A stretch of 30,854 nucleotides of DNA from a virus. Taxonomy: Duplodnaviria > Caudoviricetes. Shown one piece after another: positions 8,325 to 16,858 of the stretch. Position 1 is the first letter of the stretch. Each line of letters opens with the position of its first letter. Location: positions 1 through 30,854 of the IMG/VR virus record IMGVR_UViG_3300030376_000714. One strand, given 5' to 3'. Both the position numbers and the translations under genes were made by a program. Below the pieces are notes generated by a model. The model made no database searches. It was not told the DNA's origin and was given only the letters and a program-made list of their open reading frames with translations.

Positions 8325-8451
8325 TTAACCTGGAAAGATTACTACTAGATTTTCTTCTATCATTTTTTTTACTTTTATATGTTATAACCTTTTCAGGATA
8401 GTCAAAGCCAAATTGCATTACAAAACTATTATTCTTTACAGGATCATACAT
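8317..8451 (-). CDS. Unannotated 44-aa ORF (MYDPVKNNSFVMQFGFDYPEK...)
   Basis: Fills the gap between the sigma gene and the Cys-rich gene, overlapping both by 8 nt. Confidence 0.45.
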   Translation of the reverse strand: MYDPVKNNSFVMQFGFDYPEKVITYKSKKNDRRKSSSNLSRLNE

Positions 8452-9025
8452 CTTCATTTAATTCTTTTTTTATTATTGTTCTTACTTTATCTACTGTTGT
8501 ATATATACTATTGCGACTTATGTTAGTTTTAGCACTAAGTGAATCAAGTGTATTATCTTCATAGTAATAGAGTTCAAATAATTGTTTATCATACCAGCTT
8601 AATTTGTCTAATTCTTTATCTATCATTTCTAGCTTTACTAGTTGAGTATTGTCTATTTCTTTATCTGGAATATTTGACAAACCCTTATAATAAATACTAT
8701 TATTTGACCAATCAAAATTATTACGATTTTGGCTAAAATTACTACTAAAACTGACAATATGTGTGTAATACTTTTCATACTTATAGTAAAAATTACTTCT
8801 TTTACTTCTTAAAGCTCTTCTTAAAGCTACTGCTCCATAACGAGTTATTCCTAGTATTCCGTCTTTCTCGTAAATTGCTCTGAGCGTTTTAGGGTTCATG
8901 CTTAGGAAATATAACATCAGCTCCTGCACTGCTTCATTTACTTTATTCTCATCGGCTGTTAATCCATAAGCCATTGTTCTAAATTTATCGGTCAGCTTAG
9001 ATATTTCTATATATATCTCAGTCAT
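8444..9025 (-). CDS. Phage ECF/sigma-70-like sigma factor
   Basis: Region 2-like MAYGL...EAVQELML; region 4 HTH LDKLSWYDKQLFELYY...LDSLSAKTNISRNSIYTT; 193 aa. Confidence 0.7.
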   Translation of the reverse strand: MTEIYIEISKLTDKFRTMAYGLTADENKVNEAVQELMLYFLSMNPKTLRAIYEKDGILGITRYGAVALRRALRSKRSNFYYKYEKYYTHIVSFSSNFSQNRNNFDWSNNSIYYKGLSNIPDKEIDNTQLVKLEMIDKELDKLSWYDKQLFELYYYEDNTLDSLSAKTNISRNSIYTTVDKVRTIIKKELNEDV

Positions 9026-9377
9026 TTTTAGGCTCTAATTCATATAGCTTTTCGGCTACTTCTTGTATCATTTGATCTAGCAAAACTCTATACGCCCTTA
9101 TTACTGCTGAGTTTCTTTTTGTTTCTAGCCCTGCAAAAAAACCATTAGTTGCTACTGATAAGTTAATAGGGATAACCATTAACCAATCATAAAAATTACC
9201 ACTTTCTTTAGTTCCTGCTCCGTAATTATTAGAATATTCTATTATTATATCTACTATTTCTAAATAATTATTGTAACGTGGTTTTGTTGAAACTTCTTCT
9301 GCAAAGTTTTTACACATTAACAAATATGCTTCTATGATTGATTCGTGTTCGTGATTAGCATAAATTGCTTTTTGCAT
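9018..9377 (-). CDS. Hypothetical protein
   Basis: 119-aa ORF overlapping the sigma gene start. Confidence 0.6.
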   Translation of the reverse strand: MQKAIYANHEHESIIEAYLLMCKNFAEEVSTKPRYNNYLEIVDIIIEYSNNYGAGTKESGNFYDWLMVIPINLSVATNGFFAGLETKRNSAVIRAYRVLLDQMIQEVAEKLYELEPKND

Positions 9378-9381
9378 GCAT

Positions 9382-9389
9382 CAAAGATA
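9382..9389 (-). promoter_or_regulatory. Bacteroidota sigma-A -7 box TATCTTTG upstream of the sigma-factor gene pair
   Basis: Exact TAnnTTTG in a 21-nt intergenic gap, 4 nt before ATG 9377. Confidence 0.5.
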
Positions 9390-9398
9390 TTAAAAAAA

Positions 9399-9806
9399 TT
9401 ACTCTATTTGTTTTTCTTTTCTTAAGTTTTCAACAGTATGCTTGTAATAAGTTATCATTTCTTCATAATCAGATCTTGAAAACTTTTGTATTTGACTTGC
9501 TTTTTCTTGTAATTCTACGGCAGTTCCTTGCCCATATTTAGCTTCTAGGTTTAAGGAGAACTTATACTGCTCGCCCTGTTTAAACATATTGCACCCTACG
9601 CATTGTGGTTGACAATTTTCTTCATCAAATCTAGTTGCTAAAAAACTTCTACTCTGGAAATGACCACATTGCATGCCCTGTTTATAATGTTTAACAGCGC
9701 CACAAGTGAAGCATTGAACCATGCCCTCATCAGTTGATTCTCGTAATCTGATGTATAAACTAAACCACTTGTCTAGATCTTTTTTAAGTTTACTAATTGA
9801 CTTCAT
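9399..9806 (-). CDS. ninG: NinG/Rap-like recombination endonuclease
   Basis: FSLYIRLR, CFTCG, CGHFQSR and RFDEENCQPQCVGCN. Confidence 0.85.
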   Translation of the reverse strand: MKSISKLKKDLDKWFSLYIRLRESTDEGMVQCFTCGAVKHYKQGMQCGHFQSRSFLATRFDEENCQPQCVGCNMFKQGEQYKFSLNLEAKYGQGTAVELQEKASQIQKFSRSDYEEMITYYKHTVENLRKEKQIE

Positions 9807-9807
9807 A

Positions 9808-10230
9808 CTATATGCTCTTAATTAAGTTAGCTATTATCACCCAATCATCAAGAGTGCTGTTATTTTTATTTTTATATAACTTACGTAATAGATGTAAAGT
9901 TTCATTAACTTTTTGTTTTTTTGTTTTATTATATTTTTTTATATTTATAGGTAGTTTATCTGTTAAATCCCACTCTATAACATTCATTCCTGTAATAGTG
10001 CATTTTCTATTTTGCACCTCATAAATTACTCCTAACTCTCTTAATTCGGTAAATCTTGCTCTTGATTGACTTATCTGGTTTTCTTTAGTAGTCATTGTTG
10101 CGAAGGCTTCACCACTTGTGCAAGGAGCATTATTTAAAATAGCTTCATAAACTTTAAGCCTCATTTTAGATAGCAGCCCCTCTTCTTTAATTTGTTTATA
10201 GCAATCTATTGAAGTCTGTCTTGTGTTCAT
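9808..10230 (-). CDS. Putative winged-helix DNA-binding protein
   Basis: VYEAI...CTSGE...ARFTELRELGVI...RKCTITG. Confidence 0.55.
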   Translation of the reverse strand: MNTRQTSIDCYKQIKEEGLLSKMRLKVYEAILNNAPCTSGEAFATMTTKENQISQSRARFTELRELGVIYEVQNRKCTITGMNVIEWDLTDKLPINIKKYNKTKKQKVNETLHLLRKLYKNKNNSTLDDWVIIANLIKSI

Positions 10231-10239
10231 TTTAATTTT

Positions 10240-10863
10240 TTATATTGATAATAATATTTCCTTACATAATTCATAAGGCACTTTACTTCTTTGATAATTA
10301 TTTTTTAATCCCTGCGTTCCTGTTTTAGATCCTCTTGGAGCTTCTTCGTGGTGGCATTTTTTATTACCATTAAAACATTTTTGTCTAGGTTGCCAACCAT
10401 CTGTATTAAATAAAGAATAAATATGATTGCTCCAGATGTCAGTTGGCTTAGCCCTTGTATCTCCATAACGGCAATACCATACTGTCGTTCTTGGAATACC
10501 TATCATAAAAAACATCTTACGCATATATCCTCTAGGATTTTCAATAAAATATTTGCAATTAAATTTTTTAATTAATTTTAATGTGTTTATTACCAATCTA
10601 TCACTTTTTGCAGCAAATTCTGTTTTAGGTTTACCCATATCTCTATGGTGTCCGATTGCTGCAATAGAATAAGTTGTACAAGGTGGTGAAGCCCAAATTA
10701 CATCAGGTATAAAAGGAATATCCTCTTTAGTTAAGAACTCAATATCTTTTACTAAATCAATTCCTTTAAAATTATTTATATCTACTGAAAACACTTTATA
10801 ACCTAATTCATCAGCCACTTTACCTATTGATCTGCTTCCTGCAAATAATTCTAATACTTTCAT
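10240..10863 (-). CDS. Short C5-cytosine DNA methyltransferase 1 (start revised to MKVLELF at 10863)
   Basis: Motif I LELFAGS, motif IV ASPPC, motif VI IENP; ATG 10863 overlaps the micro-ORF stop (ATGA). Confidence 0.85.
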   Translation of the reverse strand: MKVLELFAGSRSIGKVADELGYKVFSVDINNFKGIDLVKDIEFLTKEDIPFIPDVIWASPPCTTYSIAAIGHHRDMGKPKTEFAAKSDRLVINTLKLIKKFNCKYFIENPRGYMRKMFFMIGIPRTTVWYCRYGDTRAKPTDIWSNHIYSLFNTDGWQPRQKCFNGNKKCHHEEAPRGSKTGTQGLKNNYQRSKVPYELCKEILLSI

Positions 10864-10919
10864 CTCAGCTCTCTTATTAGCCACATTACAATAGCTGTTA
10901 TTATTACCCAGCCTATCAT
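10860..10919 (-). CDS. Unannotated 19-aa hydrophobic peptide MIGWVIITAIVMWLIRELR
   Basis: Starts 1 nt after the MTase 2 stop and is ATGA-coupled to MTase 1. Confidence 0.6.
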   Translation of the reverse strand: MIGWVIITAIVMWLIRELR

Positions 10920-10920
10920 A

Positions 10921-11559
10921 TTAAAATAGTTCTGTTTGATTAATATCTTCTTTTCTTACTACGCCTAACATTGTTTCAAATATAGTTTTTCCTGCTTCAT
11001 AATCTACTAAGTTTCTTGACATTTTACCTCTATGCTGTTTACCTTTATATTTGTAAAAATCAAAATTATGAAATTTAGAAAATCTTATAATACTTCCTTG
11101 CCCTTTCATTTCAGGACTTTTTCTTTCATTAAGATTATTAGGCAGGTTAAAATTTGTCCAATATAAATGTCTACCTCTTTTTTTAGCCTGTATTAAAGGT
11201 TCATAATATGGTATAACATTTTCTACACAATACTTTCCTTTGTAAAATTTATCTAATAAAATAATTTCTTCATACAGCTTCATATCAGCATATTTAATTT
11301 TTCTACTAGCTTTACACAACGTCATTCTGCTATGAGTAGGGCAAGGTGGACTACTCCAAATAAAATCAAATTTCTTATAATGTTCTAACAAATATTGATG
11401 TGCATCTGCTATTATAACTATATCATTAGGAAATCTCTCTTGGTATAATCTTGCACATTCAGGATCAAGCTCTACTGCTGTTACTTCAATATCATTTTTG
11501 ACCTCATTCCACTTATATCGGTTACCACCTAGACAAGCATATAAATTTAATATTTTCAT
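10921..11559 (-). CDS. Short C5-cytosine DNA methyltransferase 2
   Basis: Variant motif I LNLYACLGG, AVELD, WSSPPCPTHS and VENV. Confidence 0.85.
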   Translation of the reverse strand: MKILNLYACLGGNRYKWNEVKNDIEVTAVELDPECARLYQERFPNDIVIIADAHQYLLEHYKKFDFIWSSPPCPTHSRMTLCKASRKIKYADMKLYEEIILLDKFYKGKYCVENVIPYYEPLIQAKKRGRHLYWTNFNLPNNLNERKSPEMKGQGSIIRFSKFHNFDFYKYKGKQHRGKMSRNLVDYEAGKTIFETMLGVVRKEDINQTELF

Positions 11560-11918
11560 TTTAATAGTTTTATTTTTTCTTGATAAAAAGGAACATCTTT
11601 CATTCCTAGTGTGTGAACTTGATGATATGCATCATCTATTACTTTTTTATGAGCATAAATCCATCTGTAAAAAGTTCTTATATTTAAAAATGGCTCTTCT
11701 TTTCCAAATCTTACACCAAGTCTAAATGCGTCAACAACTTGGTTAAAGGTCATATTGCCGAATCTTTTTTCCTGAATCAGATCTTGCGCAAGTATCTTGC
11801 TAAGAGTCGCTAGAGTTTGTGGATCTGTTTTATGCCCTATTTCTACAGAGGTCTTAGCTATTAGGTCTAGCACTTTCTCTGTAAGCTCTTTTGGATTTTC
11901 TTTTTTTAATGGTATCAT
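11556..11918 (-). CDS. Hypothetical protein downstream of the initiator (possible helicase-loader accessory)
   Basis: ATGA-coupled to the initiator; function inferred from position only. Confidence 0.45.
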   Translation of the reverse strand: MIPLKKENPKELTEKVLDLIAKTSVEIGHKTDPQTLATLSKILAQDLIQEKRFGNMTFNQVVDAFRLGVRFGKEEPFLNIRTFYRWIYAHKKVIDDAYHQVHTLGMKDVPFYQEKIKLLK

Positions 11919-12538
11919 AATAATTTTTTTGCTTCTTGCCAGGCATTTACCTGTGCATCTAGCTTAGACATTTTTTTGTTCTTATTTTCTTTTCTTCCTT
12001 CCCACGTTCTTACTGCAGCTTTCCAGTCTTTCATAGAGTCCTTGCCCACTTTCCACCCTTTGCTTTCATAAAAATTAAAAAAATTTTCAGGATTAATATT
12101 ATTATTACGCTCTTCACAATAATTTTTTATTTCCAAAATTGTAGGCGCTTTAAAGTATTTATTATTGTTTTTTATTAATTTATTATTATTAAATGTTGTT
12201 ACTTTATCGCGTGACAAGTTGTTCAATAATTGCACAACTAGATGTTCATTAATTTTATAAAAATTTTTTGCAGGAATACCCATACGCTTAACGTCTATAA
12301 TTTGGTGTGTTTTAAGCGTTTTAAGGCACTTTCTCTGTTGTCGTGGCGTAAGAGTTGTATCGTTAAAAATATTAGCTTCTGTGTTAAAAAACCAGCCGTT
12401 TTTACATTCTCCAAGTTTATTAAAATACTCTTCTTTACTTATAAGATCGGCTAATAAAACAGCTTCTTTTAAGCCTATCTTTCTGGCTAACTCCTTGTTT
12501 AGCACTATATATGCCGTACTACTTAATAAGCTCTTCAT
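11915..12538 (-). CDS. Replication initiator-like protein
   Basis: N-terminal wHTH (ARKIGLKEAVLL, GWFFNT); N/K-rich linker; C-terminal FKAPT..E...FFNFYESKGWKVG..MKDWKAAVRTWE. Confidence 0.7.
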   Translation of the reverse strand: MKSLLSSTAYIVLNKELARKIGLKEAVLLADLISKEEYFNKLGECKNGWFFNTEANIFNDTTLTPRQQRKCLKTLKTHQIIDVKRMGIPAKNFYKINEHLVVQLLNNLSRDKVTTFNNNKLIKNNNKYFKAPTILEIKNYCEERNNNINPENFFNFYESKGWKVGKDSMKDWKAAVRTWEGRKENKNKKMSKLDAQVNAWQEAKKLL

Positions 12539-13044
12539 AATATATTTACTGTGTAATGATATTTATTCATAGCAATTTTAACATTTTCTAACTGGTTAGA
12601 AAAATCAAAGTAGGTTGTTTTTATTTTGCATTTAACTTGCCCGCTTTTAACCTCTAAATATACATCAGATTTTTCGGTTTCTCTAACGCCGTTTTGCAAT
12701 AGATGTTCTTTTAACAGGTCTTTATCTGAAAAAATGTTTTTATCTCCTTCTATATCTTTATATGCTTTGTAAATCTTTTCAAAACAGCTCCTATAAACTA
12801 TACAGTCTTTAAAATTTTTCTTATGTTTATTTTCGTAATGATAAGTAGCAGTTCTGTCTCTTTTCAAAACCCTTGCTATTACACTTCTTTTTATATCTTC
12901 CTCAGTTAAGCCAATATAAGCAGCAACTGATCTTGAAGCCTGTAAGCGTCTTTTTCTGCTCTTTAATGATAACGAGCCTTCAGGCAGCCCCATTACTCTA
13001 GTAGTGAGGCTGCATATAGCTTTGAAGTTTAACTCCTCTGTCAT
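12535..13044 (-). CDS. DnaA domain IV-like HTH protein
   Basis: SRKR.LQASRSVAAY...IARVLKRDRTATYH resembles the DnaA C-terminal RDHTTV signature. Confidence 0.65.
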   Translation of the reverse strand: MTEELNFKAICSLTTRVMGLPEGSLSLKSRKRRLQASRSVAAYIGLTEEDIKRSVIARVLKRDRTATYHYENKHKKNFKDCIVYRSCFEKIYKAYKDIEGDKNIFSDKDLLKEHLLQNGVRETEKSDVYLEVKSGQVKCKIKTTYFDFSNQLENVKIAMNKYHYTVNIL

Positions 13045-13045
13045 C

Positions 13046-13369
13046 TTAAAAAGGTGTTTCGTCAGTAGTTATAAAATCTGTTGGCTTTTTAGCATTACTT
13101 TGATTTGTAAAATGATAGCCATCTATATTATGGTAATACTTTCCGTTGTACTCTCTTGAGTATACATTACACAAAATAGCAACATCCATACCTACTTCTA
13201 GTTTGTTTAGCTGTTTTACCTTTTCAGATCCAAAAGCACTTACTGCTACTAGGTTGTTAAAGTCATTACCTGTATCTATTACAACTGTTTGTTTTTCCCA
13301 AGACTTTCCTGCTTTACTTGTTCCTGCTTCTGCTTGAAGCTTTTTTACTAATTTTCCTGTTACTTCCAT
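13046..13369 (-). CDS. DUF3127 SSB-like protein
   Basis: MEVTGK...GTSKAGKSWEKQ...SREYNGKYY and an acidic PF tail. Confidence 0.8.
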   Translation of the reverse strand: MEVTGKLVKKLQAEAGTSKAGKSWEKQTVVIDTGNDFNNLVAVSAFGSEKVKQLNKLEVGMDVAILCNVYSREYNGKYYHNIDGYHFTNQSNAKKPTDFITTDETPF

Positions 13370-13487
13370 TTTTATTATTTATTTTATTAATACTAGGTTG
13401 ATCTTTTTCTTCTTCGCATCTAGGACATTCAACTATATAGTCAGTATCTCTATACTCGTGATGCTTATAACAATAATCTATACTCAT
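13314..13487 (-). CDS. Unannotated 57-aa Zn-finger-like ORF (MSIDYCYKHHEY...CPRC)
   Basis: ATGA overlap with the upstream gene; CxxH...CxxC. Confidence 0.5.
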   Translation of the reverse strand: MSIDYCYKHHEYRDTDYIVECPRCEEEKDQPSINKINNKNGSNRKISKKASSRSRNK

Positions 13488-13873
13488 TTCTTTTTAAAAT
13501 CTTCTGATTCATCTTCTCCAAATACTCCTAATTCATAAAAACCTGTGAGCTTTAATACTGCTCTACTCATAGCTCTTTTCTCAGCCATTTCCATTACATA
13601 CCAAGTGTTGCAGTTTCCGTCTTTAAAACCACCTTTTAAAGCTGAGCCGAATGTTTGTATTTTTACTTCGTCTGTTTCTTTGTAGCCGTACGCTTTTACT
13701 ACACAAAAATCTCTTTCGCAATTAATAACCTCATAGTCAATAGTAATACCTTCTATTGCTTGAATTTTGTCTATTCCAGATCTTGTAATTATAATATAAT
13801 GTTGATGTTTATATACATCATCAGGAGTTAAACCATAATGATTGTATTTTTGCTTAATTAGTTCTTTTTTCAT
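13484..13873 (-). CDS. Putative ssDNA-annealing/recombination protein
   Basis: MAEKRAMSRAVLK helix and acidic tail; close to the SSB gene. Confidence 0.45.
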   Translation of the reverse strand: MKKELIKQKYNHYGLTPDDVYKHQHYIIITRSGIDKIQAIEGITIDYEVINCERDFCVVKAYGYKETDEVKIQTFGSALKGGFKDGNCNTWYVMEMAEKRAMSRAVLKLTGFYELGVFGEDESEDFKKK

Positions 13874-14073
13874 TTTGTTTTAATATGTTTTATAAGTTGT
13901 TTTTTTATGTATTCTATTTGTTCTTTATCAATCCATTCTAAGAAGTTATAAGAATCAAAACAGACCTGAAAGTCGTTTCCGTACTCATCTGTTCCTCTTA
14001 AATACACCTCGTTTTTGTGGGCTTGAAAAGTATTAATATCATTCATACTTTTATGTATTAAATCTTGTTTCAT
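13870..14073 (-). CDS. Hypothetical early protein
   Basis: Coupled ORF in the early operon. Confidence 0.55.
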   Translation of the reverse strand: MKQDLIHKSMNDINTFQAHKNEVYLRGTDEYGNDFQVCFDSYNFLEWIDKEQIEYIKKQLIKHIKTK

Positions 14074-14435
14074 ATCGTTGTTATTAATGCTTTGTTATTA
14101 CTTAGTTTATTATATTTTTCTTTATATTCTTTTAGCTTCTTTTCTACAGTCTTGTTCTGATTAATGGCTTCCTGCTCTCCAAATCTTCTTTTTCTATGCT
14201 CATACCAATAAGAACCTTTTGGCTCTACTTTAAAGTCGTAGCATTCGTCTAAATTAAGCCCTGTTATTTCAATATAAGCATTAAGAGCTTCATCTATTTG
14301 TTCTTGTGTTCCAAAGATTCTAATACTTGGTTCTACTTTCTTTAAGTCTGTAAACCAACCTTCAGGGGAAAGTTCAGATATTGTTTTAAACACTCCATTA
14401 TTATAGAAATGATAATCTTGACAAATTAACTCCAT
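14070..14435 (-). CDS. Hypothetical early protein
   Basis: Coupled ORF in the early operon. Confidence 0.6.
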   Translation of the reverse strand: MELICQDYHFYNNGVFKTISELSPEGWFTDLKKVEPSIRIFGTQEQIDEALNAYIEITGLNLDECYDFKVEPKGSYWYEHRKRRFGEQEAINQNKTVEKKLKEYKEKYNKLSNNKALITTI

Positions 14436-14689
14436 ACTGTATTGTCTTTAAAGTTGTAGTATTCAGTTTTCATTTCAATAAACAAATTGATTATTTGTTC
14501 TGACTTTAACATTTCAAGCGCTAATTTCATATCTTCAATCATTGGTGAATCCCAACATTGTTTTACTACTGCAAATAAATCGCTTGTGCATTTATTTAGC
14601 CATAATGGGTTTTCGTTCATTACATCTAATATAGATATAATGGCTTCTTCTTTGTTTGTTGCTTCTTTCATTTTAAAATTTGATTTCAT
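14426..14689 (-). CDS. Hypothetical early protein
   Basis: ORF with an A-rich leader. Confidence 0.55.
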   Translation of the reverse strand: MKSNFKMKEATNKEEAIISILDVMNENPLWLNKCTSDLFAVVKQCWDSPMIEDMKLALEMLKSEQIINLFIEMKTEYYNFKDNTVWS

Positions 14690-14697
14690 TTTAGTTA

Positions 14698-15069
14698 TTA
14701 TTTTAATTCAGTTAAAATTTGTTCTAATGTTTCTTTTGTAAGGTTTTCGTTCCAATTATTCATAAGAGTTTTGCTTTCATTTAAAAGCTCTTCACCCTGT
14801 ATATAAACATACATATTACAAACAGCTTCAGGACTTGACAGATCAGTACTTACTTCGCCAAAATTATCTTGCTCATATTCTTTAACTTCTTCAATAGCTT
14901 GAAATACTCCTACATTACTTTCTAACCATCTTGTTGCGTCATACTTACCTATAATAAAGTAGTCAGTATTAAATAATTCGTGGTGTAAATCACAAGCGTA
15001 AGGCTCTGATTCTGCTGATATTAGGTTGTTGATTCCTTCAGTTGCATAGTTTAAAATTTCTTTTGTCAT
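14698..15069 (-). CDS. Acidic first early protein, possible DNA-mimic/anti-restriction protein (start revised to MTKEIL)
   Basis: About 24 D/E versus 7 K/R in 123 aa (hand count); A-rich leader before ATG 15069; the annotated 15120 start lies inside the promoter. Confidence 0.5.
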   Translation of the reverse strand: MTKEILNYATEGINNLISAESEPYACDLHHELFNTDYFIIGKYDATRWLESNVGVFQAIEEVKEYEQDNFGEVSTDLSSPEAVCNMYVYIQGEELLNESKTLMNNWNENLTKETLEQILTELK

Positions 15070-15107
15070 TTTAGTTTTTTTAAGTTTGTTAGTCATTTTT
15101 GTTACTG

Positions 15108-15139
15108 CAAAGATTGACATTATTTTTTTATCTCACAAA
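15108..15139 (-). promoter_or_regulatory. Early host sigma-A promoter TTTG-N20-AATCTTTG
   Basis: Matches the Bacteroidota -33/-7 consensus with one mismatch; sits at the head of the early operon. Confidence 0.6.
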
Positions 15140-15250
15140 CTTTTTCACGCTTTTTTTCACGAAAATAACAAAAATATTAATTTACTAGTAAGAAAAAGTC
15201 AAAAAAAAAATTAAAAAAAATTAAAAAATGGTTGAAAAAACGTGTAAAAC

Positions 15251-15997
15251 TTACAATTCCATAAGCAAATTTGTCGGAGTTTTGCCAGAATTTTGTATAA
15301 CTGCTGCACCGATTGCAGGTTTTTTACCATATTTTGCATAGGCAAAGCAATATTTATCAAAATCAATACCACAACCTACCTGAGTTCCATATACTCTGAA
15401 TTTTTTACCTACATAATGTTCTGTATAACACTGGGTGTGTAGATGTCCCTGTACTGTGTTCATCATATCAGCACGACACTTTGTACGAGCCGTACCCCCT
15501 TCGCCATGTATATACTGTACGCTGTCTTTTTCGTATCTTTCAACAAAATTCCAATTAGGCACCTCTAAAACCTCTTTATAAGACTTGATCCATTTGCTAG
15601 GAATTGCTGAGGTTTGTGCTTTTCGCATAATGATTCTGTCGTGGTTTCCAATTATAACGGTGGCTTTAGGAAATGCTCTATACCATCTTGCTATCCTTTT
15701 AATAGCGTATTCTAGCTCTTCTAAGCCACCCATACCGTCTGCTGAGGTTTCGTGATAAGAACTATAATGATTGTCTATTATATCGCCTATAAACACCACC
15801 TCTGTACATTGATACTTATAGTATTGATCTAAACACCAGTCTAGGTACTCATCTAAACAGAAGGGTTCATGAAGGTCACCGATAACTAGTACACTACTAG
15901 CTTCGGTTTCCCTCATTTTTTGTATTGCAATAACCTCGTGAGGTTTTAATCTCAACCTGTTATGTGAATCAGGCTGTTTATTTTGTAGATTTTCCAA
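15251..15997 (-). CDS. Calcineurin-like metallophosphoesterase
   Basis: GDLH, GDIID, GNHD, HG and GHLH motifs. Confidence 0.9.
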   Translation of the reverse strand: MENLQNKQPDSHNRLRLKPHEVIAIQKMRETEASSVLVIGDLHEPFCLDEYLDWCLDQYYKYQCTEVVFIGDIIDNHYSSYHETSADGMGGLEELEYAIKRIARWYRAFPKATVIIGNHDRIIMRKAQTSAIPSKWIKSYKEVLEVPNWNFVERYEKDSVQYIHGEGGTARTKCRADMMNTVQGHLHTQCYTEHYVGKKFRVYGTQVGCGIDFDKYCFAYAKYGKKPAIGAAVIQNSGKTPTNLLMEL

Positions 15998-16166
15998 GAT
16001 CAGCTAAAGATTGTCCGCCTAACATAGCGATTAAACTCCACCAAATTTTTGATACTGAATCTTCATCTACTCCTAGATAGCTTGCAATCATAGGAACTAA
16101 GATTGATGAAATACCAAGCCATACCTTCTTAGAAGATAAAAGCTGAGTAATAATGTAATTTTTCAT
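15978..16166 (-). CDS. Putative holin/membrane protein
   Basis: Two hydrophobic segments; SSKKVW N-terminus; next to the putative endolysin. Confidence 0.55.
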   Translation of the reverse strand: MKNYIITQLLSSKKVWLGISSILVPMIASYLGVDEDSVSKIWWSLIAMLGGQSLADLGKSTK

Positions 16167-16168
16167 AG

Positions 16169-16651
16169 TTATTTATTTTTGATTATTAATTTTATATTCT
16201 TGCCACCCAAATTTATAATTTCTTTCATAAGTAAATCCATAGCTAAACGTGAATTATGAACAATGTCTTGTTGGCTTCCTTGTCCTACTAGGATGCAGCC
16301 CCTTGAATCTTTAGCAGTATTTCCTCTATGAAATAATATGTAATCTCGGTTAGGCACTTCTTCAACTAACAAGTGCAAATAATCTCTAGTTGCACTTTCT
16401 CTTGCGTATCTCATTCTAACAGGATATTCTCCAGCAGGAATACTAGAGATACTTCTTTGATTATCTTTATAGGGTAATTCTAAAGTATCACAAAATCTTT
16501 CTCCATTTACAAAAAGCTCTCCAATAATACTTTCTTCAGTAAACGTATCTCTTATGATTAAGAGGTTTATATGACTTTTATTAGAGATAGTAGGCTTTAT
16601 AGATTTTACACCCTTTAACTTCCATAACAAACTCCTTACGCATTTTAACAT
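16169..16651 (-). CDS. DUF5675-like protein, putative endolysin (L,D-peptidase-like)
   Basis: FCDTLELP, IPAGEY and ILFHRGN...SRGCILVG; lies in a module with membrane peptides. Confidence 0.7.
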   Translation of the reverse strand: MLKCVRSLLWKLKGVKSIKPTISNKSHINLLIIRDTFTEESIIGELFVNGERFCDTLELPYKDNQRSISSIPAGEYPVRMRYARESATRDYLHLLVEEVPNRDYILFHRGNTAKDSRGCILVGQGSQQDIVHNSRLAMDLLMKEIINLGGKNIKLIIKNK

Positions 16652-16709
16652 CTTTGTCTTTATCTTTTTTATACTTAGGATTTGTACTATTTAATTTACG
16701 CTTCTTCAT
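16581..16709 (-). CDS. Unannotated 42-aa basic ORF (MKKRKLNSTNPKYK...)
   Basis: ATGA-coupled to the upstream membrane peptide; overlaps the DUF5675 5' end. Confidence 0.4.
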   Translation of the reverse strand: MKKRKLNSTNPKYKKDKDKDVKMRKEFVMEVKGCKIYKAYYL

Positions 16710-16858
16710 TTTCTAAATTTTACGAATTTATAAATAGTAAAACATATTGCTAAAATCAGAGAAACAAAAGTTAAAAGCTCATTAGCTTCTACTAAAGATA
16801 CTCCGATTGCACTTCCGTTAGCTATTCCTACTTGTATTGTGTCTTTTAGATCTGTCAT
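16706..16858 (-). CDS. Unannotated 50-aa holin-like membrane peptide
   Basis: MTDLKDTIQVGIANGSAIGVSLVEANELLTFVSLILAICFTIYKFVKFRK: TM helix plus basic tail, upstream of the lysin. Confidence 0.6.
   Translation of the reverse strand: MTDLKDTIQVGIANGSAIGVSLVEANELLTFVSLILAICFTIYKFVKFRK

Noticed and set aside
12160-12245. Lambda O-type iterons inside the initiator gene
   Set aside because: An AT-rich linker is present, but I found no convincing repeated iterons.
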